Positions 10,590 to 20,942 of a stretch of DNA of 64,000 bases are shown here, one piece after another (positions within the stretch are counted from its first letter, which is position 1; each line of letters opens with the position of its first letter). Source of the stretch: an uncultured Chloroflexia bacterium (GTDB taxonomy: Bacteria; Chloroflexota; Limnocylindria; Limnocylindrales; CSP1-4); the NCBI GenBank assembly GCA_963748625.1, contig CAVVJT010000010.1, positions 160,001-224,000 of the forward strand, in the 5' to 3' direction. The notes beneath the pieces were generated by a model. It worked only from the letters and a program-made list of their open reading frames with translations, was not told where the DNA came from and did no database searches. The position numbers were made by a program, and so were the translations under genes.

Positions 10590-12314
10590 CTACTCGGCGG
10601 GCGGCGGGTTGAGGAACCCTCCGAAGTTGCCGGGGATGTAGGAGAACAGCCCGTCGCGACCGACGTGCAGCGGGTTCTCGGTGTCCCAGTAGGCCCCGAA
10701 GCTGGCCACGACGTCGTTGGCGTCGAAGGTGGCGCCGTCGTGGAACGTGACGCCGTCTCGCAGGGTGCAGGTCCAGACCGTCAGCTCGGCGTTGGGCTTG
10801 CACTCGGTCGCGAGGGCCGGGATCGGCTTGGTGCCGCCCAGCTCGTATGCGTACAGGGACTCGGAGATCTGCTCGCAGGCCCGGAGGGCCTCGCCGTCGG
10901 ACTCGTCGGGGCAGAACAGGCTGAGCGGCTCCAGGTTCTGGTCCCAGACCAGGGTGTCGCGGTCGCCCGCCTTCATCTTGGCGAACTGCTCGTTGCCGAG
11001 CGGGCTCGAGTGGGCCCCTTCGACGTCCGCCTTCCATGCCGTTCCGGAGCCGCCATGGATCATGACGACGGCCGGGACATGCTCCTTGATGAGGTTGTTG
11101 GCCTCGGCATAGGCGGCAGCGCGGTCAGCGTCTGCGGCCGATGACCCGCCCTTGGCCAGGGCGGCGGCGATGTCGTCGAACGGCTTGCCGAAGATCTTGC
11201 CGGAGCCTGCGCCGAAGTGGTAGTCGAGGAAGTTCGTGGGATCGGGGAAGTCGGCACCCCAGCCCAGCAGCACCAGGCCGTCGAGCGTGCCCTCCTGCTG
11301 CGCGGCGAATAGCGCACCGGACTCCATGACGTCGATCGTGGCGTCAACGCCGATGTTCGCCTTGAGCTGCTGCGCGATCTCGGTGGCGATGACCGGCGGC
11401 TCGGGCAGGTAGCCGCGCACCGCCGTCCGGAAGGTGATCTTGGTCTTGAAGCCATCCGGATAACCGGCCTCGGTCATCAGGCGCTTGGCCTCGGTGGGAT
11501 TGAAGTCCCACGTCGGATCGCCCTCGCACGCGAACGGGATCGCGCACGGGGTGAAGTGGGTCGCGACCTCGGAGCCGGGCGGGTAGAAGTTGTCCACGAT
11601 CTGCTGGCGGTCGATGGCCATGGCGATCGCTTGCCGGACCTTGGGGTCGTCCCAGGGCTTCATGGTCACGTTCATGCCGAGGTAGAGGATGTTGAGCCCC
11701 GACCGCTCCTTGAAGGCGAGCGTCGAGTCACCCTTGATCGTCTCGATGTCGGTCACGCCCGGGTTGTCGATGCCGTCCACGTTGCCCGACTGGAGCTCGA
11801 GCAGCCGCTGCGCGGCCTCCTCGGCCCAGCGGAACTCGACGAACTGGGACAGGGCCTTGTCGCCCCAATAGGCGTCGTTGCGCTCGAGGACGACGCGGTT
11901 CCCCTTGCTCCACTCCTTGAGCTTGTAGGGACCGGTGCCGTTGGGCTGGTCAAGGATGGACTTGTCCTGCGCATGCGCTGCGAGGTAGTCAGCATCGTTG
12001 ATGCCGAAGGCCGCGAAGGCGACCTTCGCGAGGAAGGCGACGTCCGGGTTGCACATCTGGAACTCGACGGTCTTGGCGTCGAGTGCCGAGATCTTCTTGA
12101 AGTTGCCCGTATAGGGGGCGACGCCGCACGGGGCCTCGCCCGTCTCGGGGTACGAGGTGGCCGTGAAATCGGCCGGGGCCTCGCTCGTCGGTGCGGCCGT
12201 GGCAGGGGCTGACGTCGCAGGGGCCTGCGTCGAGGTCGACGAGCCACATGCCGCGACGAGCAGCACCGTCGCGGCCAGAACCGCGAGCGGTGCCCTCCTC
12301 GGTGATCCGCGCAT
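10590..12314 (-). CDS. Family 5 ABC substrate-binding lipoprotein, circularly permuted
   Basis: Lipobox LLVAAC, Ala/Pro/Thr linker, PNGTGPYK, VRQAIAMAID, GWGADFPDP; the usual N-terminal segment (PALA..WTCTLRDGVTFHDG..FDANDVVASF) is at the C-terminus; RBS GGAGGAGGAG. Confidence 0.9.
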   Translation of the reverse strand: MRGSPRRAPLAVLAATVLLVAACGSSTSTQAPATSAPATAAPTSEAPADFTATSYPETGEAPCGVAPYTGNFKKISALDAKTVEFQMCNPDVAFLAKVAFAAFGINDADYLAAHAQDKSILDQPNGTGPYKLKEWSKGNRVVLERNDAYWGDKALSQFVEFRWAEEAAQRLLELQSGNVDGIDNPGVTDIETIKGDSTLAFKERSGLNILYLGMNVTMKPWDDPKVRQAIAMAIDRQQIVDNFYPPGSEVATHFTPCAIPFACEGDPTWDFNPTEAKRLMTEAGYPDGFKTKITFRTAVRGYLPEPPVIATEIAQQLKANIGVDATIDVMESGALFAAQQEGTLDGLVLLGWGADFPDPTNFLDYHFGAGSGKIFGKPFDDIAAALAKGGSSAADADRAAAYAEANNLIKEHVPAVVMIHGGSGTAWKADVEGAHSSPLGNEQFAKMKAGDRDTLVWDQNLEPLSLFCPDESDGEALRACEQISESLYAYELGGTKPIPALATECKPNAELTVWTCTLRDGVTFHDGATFDANDVVASFGAYWDTENPLHVGRDGLFSYIPGNFGGFLNPPPAE

Positions 12315-12489
12315 TCTCTCCTCCTCCTGACTCGGGTGCTCCGGGCGTCGGCACCGAAGGACCGCACGCCGGGTTCGCCGGAAGCCTAGCACCGCGAATC
12401 GGCCACCGCGCGCCGCATCGGTCACGGAGCTTGTGCGCTGGGCCATTCACCCGGCACGCTCCACGTGGGTCTGCCTCGCGACGCGCCCC

Positions 12490-13395
12490 TCAGCGGTCCG
12501 GCCCGGCGCGCTGCGCACCGTCCTGTTGCCCGGGTGCGTCGTACAGGGCGCGACGCCGGATACCCGTCTCGGCCGCCACGCGGCGTACCGCCTCGCCGCG
12601 GGCCATGCCGGCGGCTGCCAGCCGGTCCACTTCGGCGCGGGCGGCCACAAGCGCGTCACCCTCCGACTCGGCCGCCGCCTCGACGGCCAAAGCGCCCCTG
12701 CCCCAGCCCACGACGAGCACGAACTCGCCGCGCGCGGGGATCGTGCCGTCCTCCGCGGCGGTCGCCAGCTCCGCGAGCGGACCCCGGGTCACCGTCTCGT
12801 GGAGCTTGGTCAGCTCGCGGCACACCGCGCCCGGCCGATCCGCCCCGCAGACACCGGCCAGCTCGCGCAACGTCGCGGCCACCCGGTTCGGCCCCTCGAA
12901 GAGCACGCAGCCCCGCTCGTCCGCGGCGATCGCGGCCAGCCGCTCCCTGCGGTCCCGGCCGGAGCGGGGCAGGAACCCCTCGAACGTCCAGCGGGGACCG
13001 GCCAGCCCGGCGGACACCACGGCCGCCAGAACGGACGAGGCGCCCGGGATGGCGACCACCTCGCCCCCCATCGCCGCCCAGGCCGCCACCAGCCCGTCGC
13101 CCGGGTCGGAGACGGCGGGTGTCCCGGCATCGGTCACCAGCGCCAGGTCCTTCCCGGATGCCAGGTGCTCCACCAGCTCCCGCTCCTTCGCGGGCGAGCT
13201 CTGCGCGTGGTAGGCCGTGGTCCGGACCGTGATCTCGTACCGGTCGAGCAGCTTGTGCGTGACCCGCGTGTCCTCGGCAGCGATCAACGGCACGGCGCGC
13301 AGCACCTCGAGCGCGCGCAGGGTGATGTCGCCGAGGTTCCCGATCGGCGTCGCGACGACGTACAGCGTCCCGCCCGCCGCTTTCGGTCCGCCCAC
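12490..13395 (-). CDS. rsmI: 16S rRNA (cytidine1402-2'-O)-methyltransferase
   Basis: LYVVATPIGNLGDIT, AAEDTR, DAGTPAVSDPG, RELTKLHE. Confidence 0.93.
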   Translation of the reverse strand: MGGPKAAGGTLYVVATPIGNLGDITLRALEVLRAVPLIAAEDTRVTHKLLDRYEITVRTTAYHAQSSPAKERELVEHLASGKDLALVTDAGTPAVSDPGDGLVAAWAAMGGEVVAIPGASSVLAAVVSAGLAGPRWTFEGFLPRSGRDRRERLAAIAADERGCVLFEGPNRVAATLRELAGVCGADRPGAVCRELTKLHETVTRGPLAELATAAEDGTIPARGEFVLVVGWGRGALAVEAAAESEGDALVAARAEVDRLAAAGMARGEAVRRVAAETGIRRRALYDAPGQQDGAQRAGPDR

Positions 13396-13396
13396 G

Positions 13397-14323
13397 CTAG
13401 GGCCGCGCCGCCGACCCCGGCCGACGCCTCGGGTAGAGGTAGTCAACGCCCGCCGTCCGCGGGCCGAGCTTGGCGATCGGCGGCACCTGGCGCTTGAACT
13501 CGGCGCCCGCGACCATCCGGTCCACCCGTGCTACCAGCGCCTCGTCGAAGCCCATCGCCACCATCTCCTCGGCGGAGCGGCGCTTGTCGATCCGCCAGAA
13601 CAGGAGGCGGTCCAGGACGGGGTATGAGAACCCGGCCTCGGTCTCGTCGGTCTGGCCGGGCCACAGGTCGGCCGAGGGCGCCTTGCGGATGATCGCCTCA
13701 GGCACCCCGATCGCGGCAGACAGCTGGCGCACCTGGCTCTTGTACAGGTCACCGATGGGGTTGAACGCGCACGCGGAGTCCCCGAAGAGCGTCGTGTACC
13801 CGATCAGCGATTCGGTCTTGTTGCCGGTGCCCACCACAAGGCCCCGCCACGTCACCGACCGGTCGTAGAGCACGGACATCCGCATCCGGGCCATGAAGTT
13901 GCCGCGCCGCAGCGGGGCCGCCTCGAGCGCCTCGGGTCCGCCTTCAGCGGCGATGCCATCCCGCCCGAAGTAGCCGTCCACCATGCCGGTGATCGCCACC
14001 AGCTCGCCCGCGCAGCCGAGGTCTGCGATGACCGCCTCGGCGTCCCCCTGCGAGGCCGGCGACGACGTGCGGTACGGCATCATCACGCACAGGAGCCTGT
14101 CCGCCCCGATCGCCTCGGCGACGAGGTAGGCGACGAGCGCCGAATCGATCCCGCCCGACAGCCCCAGGACGGCCTTCCCGAACCCGGCCTGCGCCAGCTG
14201 GCCGCGGATGAATGCCGCGATCGCCGTGCGCGCGACGCCGGTGTCGATGGACAGCTCGTCGGGAAGCTCGAACAGGGGCTCGCTCCCCCGCGGCGACTCG
14301 CTCCCCAGCGGCGGCTCGGTCAC
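13397..14323 (-). CDS. nadE: NAD+ synthetase (synthetase domain only)
   Basis: GLSGGIDS PP-loop, GNFMARMRM, GTGNKTE, GYTTLFGD, PSADLWPGQTDE. Confidence 0.93.
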   Translation of the reverse strand: MTEPPLGSESPRGSEPLFELPDELSIDTGVARTAIAAFIRGQLAQAGFGKAVLGLSGGIDSALVAYLVAEAIGADRLLCVMMPYRTSSPASQGDAEAVIADLGCAGELVAITGMVDGYFGRDGIAAEGGPEALEAAPLRRGNFMARMRMSVLYDRSVTWRGLVVGTGNKTESLIGYTTLFGDSACAFNPIGDLYKSQVRQLSAAIGVPEAIIRKAPSADLWPGQTDETEAGFSYPVLDRLLFWRIDKRRSAEEMVAMGFDEALVARVDRMVAGAEFKRQVPPIAKLGPRTAGVDYLYPRRRPGSAARP

Positions 14324-15237
14324 GAGGTGGCGCCTCCCCCGAACGGGCCCTCGTCGGCCGTGGTGTCGAGCGCCAGGCCCGCCCGCTCGGCGACCAGGCG
14401 CCGCCACTCGCGAGCGACCAGCTCCGGGCGCTCGTCCCGCAGCAGGGGCAGCCCGATCCGCTCACGCCGCACGTCGCCCAGCTCCACGTCGGTGAAGAAC
14501 AGGCCCTCCTCGAACATCGGCGCGGAGAAGATCGCCGCCCCCGTCGGCCCGATCACCTCAGACCCGCCCCAGAACGAGAGTGACTCGTCCACGCCCACGC
14601 GGTTGCAGAACACCACGAACGACGTGGTCAGCTGGGCGTAGGTCCGCATCAGCGTCCGCCACGACCCCGCCGTTCCGAGGCCCACCTCCGACGTGCGCGC
14701 GAGATCGCGCCCGGGCGACGACGACACGTTGATCAGCACCTGCGCCCCATCGAGCGCAAGCAGCTGGGGCGTGGACATGTGCCAGAAGTCCTCGCACACG
14801 GCGAGGCCCACCCCCACGCCCAGGCGCGAGGGCGTCGCGCGAACCATGTCGCCTGCCGCGAAGAACCGGCGCTCGTCGAAGAGGCCGTACGTGGGCAGGT
14901 GGACCTTGCGGTGGACGTGCCGGACCTCGCCGTCCTCGATCAGCGCCGCCGCGATGAACAGGCGGTGGTCCGCCGACTCCTCCACGAACGACACCACGGC
15001 CGACAGGCCACCGGTCGCGGCGGCGAACCGGGCAAGGCGAGGATCGTCGAGCCGCATCGCGACCTCGGACGCCAGGTCCTGGAGCTGGTACCCGGTCAGC
15101 CCGAGCTCCGGGAAGACGACCAGTCCGGCACCGCCGTCACGGGCTGCGTCGAGCAGCTCGAGATGACGCGCGAGGTTGGCATCGAGGTCCCCGAGGCGAG
15201 GCGCGACCTGGGCCAGCGCGATCCTGAGCGGCTGCAC
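14320..15237 (-). CDS. Nitrilase-family carbon-nitrogen hydrolase, likely stand-alone glutaminase subunit of NAD synthetase
   Basis: E-K-C triad motifs FPEL, RKVHLPTYGLFDERRFF, VCEDFW; overlaps nadE start by 4 nt. Confidence 0.85.
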   Translation of the reverse strand: MQPLRIALAQVAPRLGDLDANLARHLELLDAARDGGAGLVVFPELGLTGYQLQDLASEVAMRLDDPRLARFAAATGGLSAVVSFVEESADHRLFIAAALIEDGEVRHVHRKVHLPTYGLFDERRFFAAGDMVRATPSRLGVGVGLAVCEDFWHMSTPQLLALDGAQVLINVSSSPGRDLARTSEVGLGTAGSWRTLMRTYAQLTTSFVVFCNRVGVDESLSFWGGSEVIGPTGAAIFSAPMFEEGLFFTDVELGDVRRERIGLPLLRDERPELVAREWRRLVAERAGLALDTTADEGPFGGGATS

Positions 15238-15247
15238 GCCGGGCCGC

Positions 15248-15415
15248 CTAGTCCTGGTGCTTGTAGGGCGCCTGAGGATGCTGCTCCGGCGTGACCGGCA
15301 TGCCCAGGATGTCTCCGGGGCTCGGGATCAGGTCCACGTCCACCGGCGGCTCCTCGAAGATCAGGGGATCGGCGCCCTCGGAGGCCTTCCCGACCGGGTC
15401 GATCGCGGCCGCCAT
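15248..15415 (-). CDS. Small acidic Pro-rich hypothetical protein (55 aa; below the ORF-track cutoff)
   Basis: MAAAIDPVGKASEGADPLIFEEPPVDVDLIPSPGDILGMPVTPEQHPQAPYKHQD; strong RBS GGAGGAGGAGG; GC3-rich codons; stop 10 nt before the nitrilase start. Confidence 0.65.
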   Translation of the reverse strand: MAAAIDPVGKASEGADPLIFEEPPVDVDLIPSPGDILGMPVTPEQHPQAPYKHQD

Positions 15416-15498
15416 GCTGCCTCCTCCTCCAGCCGAGTGGTGACGATCGCGATCGTCAGGCGGCCGGGCCCGGCACCTTCGGTCCGCCGTTGGGCTGC

Positions 15499-15504
15499 AT
15501 CATA
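15499..15504 (-). promoter_or_regulatory. Putative sigma70-type -10 (TATGAT) for the small ORF-nitrilase-nadE-rsmI operon
   Basis: GGTGGGTATGAT on minus strand. Confidence 0.45.
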
Positions 15505-15540
15505 CCCACCTGCAGAACTCCTGCCGCCCTTGTTCCCAGG

Positions 15541-15566
15541 TACCGGGTCGCCACGATCCAGGTTCA
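15541..15566 (-). promoter_or_regulatory. Putative ECF-sigma promoter TGAACC-N16-GGTA
   Basis: Same elements and spacing as the site upstream of the ECF sigma gene (26604-26629). Confidence 0.5.
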
Positions 15567-15675
15567 TCCCATGCGCAGGCAGGGCGCTCCGCCGCCGCGG
15601 CCGGGATCGCGGCCGGGAACGCGGCCGATGCCGACGTCCCCGTCGGCGGTGGCCCGGTGCTAGGCTCGCCTCACC

Positions 15676-17475
15676 ATGACCTTCCCGCGCCGGCGCATGC
15701 CGGCCCTTGCGCTGGCCGCCCTCGTGGCGGGCGCATGCGGCTCGACCCCGGCCCCCTCCGCGACACCACCACCCGCTGCCGGACGGACCCCCGCACCGAT
15801 GCCCGCGGCCGCGGCCGAGCGGCCCTTCAGGACGGTCACGTGGCCGGCCGGCGGATCCTGGTGCGACGTGGCCGACGCGGCGGCGTCGGGCGTGCGCATC
15901 GGGCGCATCGAGGCGCTGGACGCCCGCACGGTCCGGTTCACGTTGTGCGCTCCGGATGCGGCCTTCGCGGCACGCCTCGCGGACCCCGTGGCAGGCGTGA
16001 TCGATGCGGCGGCCGTGGATGCGATTGCCGCCGACCCATCCCTCGGGCGGTTCGCCGCCGGCGCGGGCCGCTACCGCGTCGAGGCGTGGTACCCGGGCGC
16101 GAACGTGCGGCTCACGCGGGTGGCGGCGGAGCCCGGCGCCAAGGGCGACGACAAGGTGCCCACGATCGTGCTCCGCTGGAGTGCACGCGGATCCGAACGC
16201 GTGGATGCCATCGGCGAAGGGGCCGTGGACGCCGTGGACGGCGTCGGCGCAGCGGAGCTCGAGGCGGTCGCGACCCTGCCCGAGCTCATCACCCTGGACA
16301 GGGCCGGCATGGCCACGGCCTACCTGGGCTTCGGCTACGGGGCCGACTTCGCGCCGGTCGCGGTGCGCAGGGCCTTTGGCGAGGGCCTCGACCGTGCGGC
16401 ACTCACCACCGCAGCGTTCGCTCCCGGCGCCACGGTGGCGAGCCACCTCGCGCCCTGCGTCGTGCCCTTCGGGTGCACCGGCCAGGACTGGTACGAGGCG
16501 AACGCCCCGGCCGCCGTCGCCGCCCTCAGCGCAGCCAAGTTCGACAGCAAGGCGACCTACCCGCTGGTCATCCCCTCCGAACCGGTCCCAGGGCTGCCAG
16601 ACCCGGCCGCGCTCGGCGAAGCGGTCAAGGCGCAGGCGGCGGAGCGCCTCGGCGTGACGCTCGAGGTGACCCCGATGGCGCCGGCGGAGATCGCCGATGC
16701 CCTTGCCGGGCGGCGCCTTCGCGGCCTCTACCTCGCGGGGATCGACTCCCGCCTCGCTGATGCGTCAGGCTTCCTCGATCCACTCTTCGGGCGAGGAGCC
16801 CAGGGCGTTGCGGTGGATCGCGCAGGCGATGCCCGTGCAGCGCTCATCAAGGCCTCGGAGACCACGGACGTGGATGACCGGGCCGACGCCTTCCGTGTCG
16901 CGAACATGGCCATCCGCGACGGCGTGCCGCTGGTCCCGATCGCGCACCCGGGCGCCGTCATGGCCGTCCTCGACGACGTTGCGGGCGCGGTCACCTCCCC
17001 GCTGTGGGTTGAGCCGCTCGGGCGGTTCGTCCCGGGCGATCGCAGCCAGCTCGTCCTCATGCAGGCCGGCGAGCCGGCGAGCGCGTGGTGCGCCGTCGCC
17101 TCCGCCCCCGACGACCGCCGCCTCTGCGCCCTCGTCACCCCGGGGCTCCTGGGCTTCCGCCCGGACTCGCTTGACACGGCGCCCGGGATCGCGACCCGGT
17201 GCTCCCCGGACGAGACCGCGACCGTCTGGACGTGCCGGCTGCGCGCCGACGCACGGTTCACCAGCGGAGCGCGTGTGGACGCCGGCGACGTGCTCGCGTC
17301 GTTCGCCGCCCAGGCGGATCCTGCGAGCGACCTGCGGGCCGCGCTGCCCCCCGCGACGTTCGGGGCGTGGGACGAGCTGTTCGGGGCACCTGCAGGTCCT
17401 GAGCCACTCCCCTCCCCATCCGTAACGCCTGGGCCGTCGGCGACCTCGGACGGCGCCGCGACCGCGAAGCCGTAG
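15676..17475 (+). CDS. Second circularly permuted family 5 ABC substrate-binding lipoprotein (divergent, orphan)
   Basis: Lipobox LVAGAC; colinear with 10590..12314 (IEALDARTVRFTLC, APCVVPFGC, WTCRLRADARFTSG..VDAGDVLASF near the C-terminus); TGcTAGGCT -10 just upstream. Confidence 0.82.
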   Translation: MTFPRRRMPALALAALVAGACGSTPAPSATPPPAAGRTPAPMPAAAAERPFRTVTWPAGGSWCDVADAAASGVRIGRIEALDARTVRFTLCAPDAAFAARLADPVAGVIDAAAVDAIAADPSLGRFAAGAGRYRVEAWYPGANVRLTRVAAEPGAKGDDKVPTIVLRWSARGSERVDAIGEGAVDAVDGVGAAELEAVATLPELITLDRAGMATAYLGFGYGADFAPVAVRRAFGEGLDRAALTTAAFAPGATVASHLAPCVVPFGCTGQDWYEANAPAAVAALSAAKFDSKATYPLVIPSEPVPGLPDPAALGEAVKAQAAERLGVTLEVTPMAPAEIADALAGRRLRGLYLAGIDSRLADASGFLDPLFGRGAQGVAVDRAGDARAALIKASETTDVDDRADAFRVANMAIRDGVPLVPIAHPGAVMAVLDDVAGAVTSPLWVEPLGRFVPGDRSQLVLMQAGEPASAWCAVASAPDDRRLCALVTPGLLGFRPDSLDTAPGIATRCSPDETATVWTCRLRADARFTSGARVDAGDVLASFAAQADPASDLRAALPPATFGAWDELFGAPAGPEPLPSPSVTPGPSATSDGAATAKP

Positions 17476-17536
17476 CGCAGCAGCTTCCATGGCGCCGCGA
17501 CCCGCGGCAAGCCCGCCGCGCAGCGCGGTCCGGCAG

Positions 17537-18144
17537 CTACTTGACCAGGATCTTCTGCATCAGCAGCGCCTGCTCGAGCAACGGCGCGATCTCGGCCCTG
17601 GCGTTCTCGTACGCCCCGATCCCGATGGCCAGCTGCACGCTGCCCTCCTCCATCCCCTTTACGTCACCGGCTTTGAGGGAGTCGCGCAGCTTCACCGCTC
17701 CGGCGAGCATGTCGGGGAGCGCGGCCTCGTAGGCGGCGGCGGCCTTCGCGGTGGCGGGGTAGTCGGCGAGCCGTGGCACCTGCGTCTGGAGCTTCTCGAC
17801 CAGCGTCGCAAGCCCGTCGGCGGCACCCCACATCGCCTCGAGGTCCTCGTAGGCCGCGGCGGCGCCGAGGTCGGCTCCGGCGGTCTTGATCTCGAGGTCG
17901 GCCTTGCCCATGATGATGACGGCCTCTACAACGCCGCCGGGCCAGCGCGTCGGACTGGGCATCGGAGCGTCCGAAGTTTCCGGCGCACCCGAGGGTGCGA
18001 CCGCGGGCGGCCCGACGGACTCCGTCGCGCCCGGGGCGCCCGTCGAGGGCGTCGAGGCGCCGCAGCCGGCAATGACCAGCAGGGCCAGCGCGACCGCCAC
18101 GGCGGCCGGTGACGGCCGACGCCGCGCCGAGCGCGGCATGCCCG

Positions 18145-18148
<4 letters not shown>
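17537..18148 (-). CDS. Hypothetical lipoprotein (Pro/Ser/Thr linker plus helical domain)
   Basis: Lipobox LVIAGC; GTG start overlaps the upstream stop; GC3-biased codons. Confidence 0.75.
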
Positions 18149-19817
<1,669 letters not shown>

Positions 19818-19821
<4 letters not shown>

Positions 19822-20942
19822 GCGTCACCAAGCCTGTCGGGGGCGCCGGTGAGACGGCGACCCATCCGCATGTTGTCGTCGTGCTGGCGGATGGCAGCAT
19901 CGAGCCGGGCGGCCTCCCCGGCCAGGTGCAGATGGCAGCGTCCCACCTGGCCGTCGTCGCCTGCCGGGTAGAGCTCTGGCGGGACGCTCCGGCACAACTC
20001 CCACGAGTATGGGCAGCGGGGCTCGAACCGGCAGTTCGGAGGCAGGTTGAACGGCGACGGGACGACGCCCTTGATCGCCGAGAGCCTGCCGCCGCGCTTC
20101 TCCACGGTCGGGATCGACTCGATCAGGCCCATCGTGTAGGGCATCCGGGGCTCCAGGAGCACCTGGTGCACGGTCCCCTGCTCCACGATCTGGCCCGCGT
20201 ACATCACGATCACGTGCTCGACCATCTCGGCGATGACTCCCAGGTCATGGGTGATCAGGAGCAGGGCCGCACCCGTGCGCTCCTGGATCGCCTTGAGCAG
20301 CTCCATGATCTGCGCCTGGACCGTCACATCGAGGGCGGTCGTGGGCTCGTCCGCGATGATCAGCTTCGGGTCGCACGAGAGCGCCATCCCGATCATCACA
20401 CGCTGGCGCATGCCGCCTGAGAGCTCGTGCGGGTACTGCTTCGCGCGCCGCTCAGGGCTGTTGAGGCCCACGAGGCGGAGCATCTCGACGGCGCGGTCCT
20501 TGGCCTCCTTCTTGGAGACCTTCATGTGCAGCTCGACCTGCTCCGCGATCTGGTCGCCGACCGAGAACACCGGATTCAGGCTCGTGAGCGGCTCCTGGAA
20601 GATCATCGCCATGTCGTTGCCGCGGAGCCGCCGCATCTCCTCGTTGGGGATGTGCAGGATCTCGCGGCCGTCGAACCAGATCTCGCTCTGCTCGCCGATC
20701 GAGGCCGGCGGGATGTCGAGCAGGCGCATGATCGTGAGCGCGGTGACCGACTTGCCCGATCCCGACTCGCCGACGATGCCGAGCGTCTTGCCGCGGGCCA
20801 GCGAGAAGCTGATGTCATCGACGGCCGGCACGGTGCCGTCCATCACCTTGAAGTAGGTCTTCAGGCGTCGGATGTCGAGCAGGACGTCATCAGGGGGCGG
20901 TGTTCCCGCCCCCGGCAGCACGGTGGTCGTTGTCTCCGTCAT
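19818..20942 (-). CDS. OppD-type ABC ATPase
   Basis: [34 protein letters not shown]. Confidence 0.92.

Noticed and set aside
6373-11037. 1554-aa minus-strand ORF as a giant fusion protein
   Set aside because: Only the last 466 aa are GcvPA-like; the rest is stop-free antisense or off-frame sequence over the flavoprotein and SBP genes, expected at this GC content
15248-15415. Ribosomal protein (L32-sized ORF)
   Set aside because: The peptide is acidic and Pro-rich, without basic or Zn-ribbon motifs
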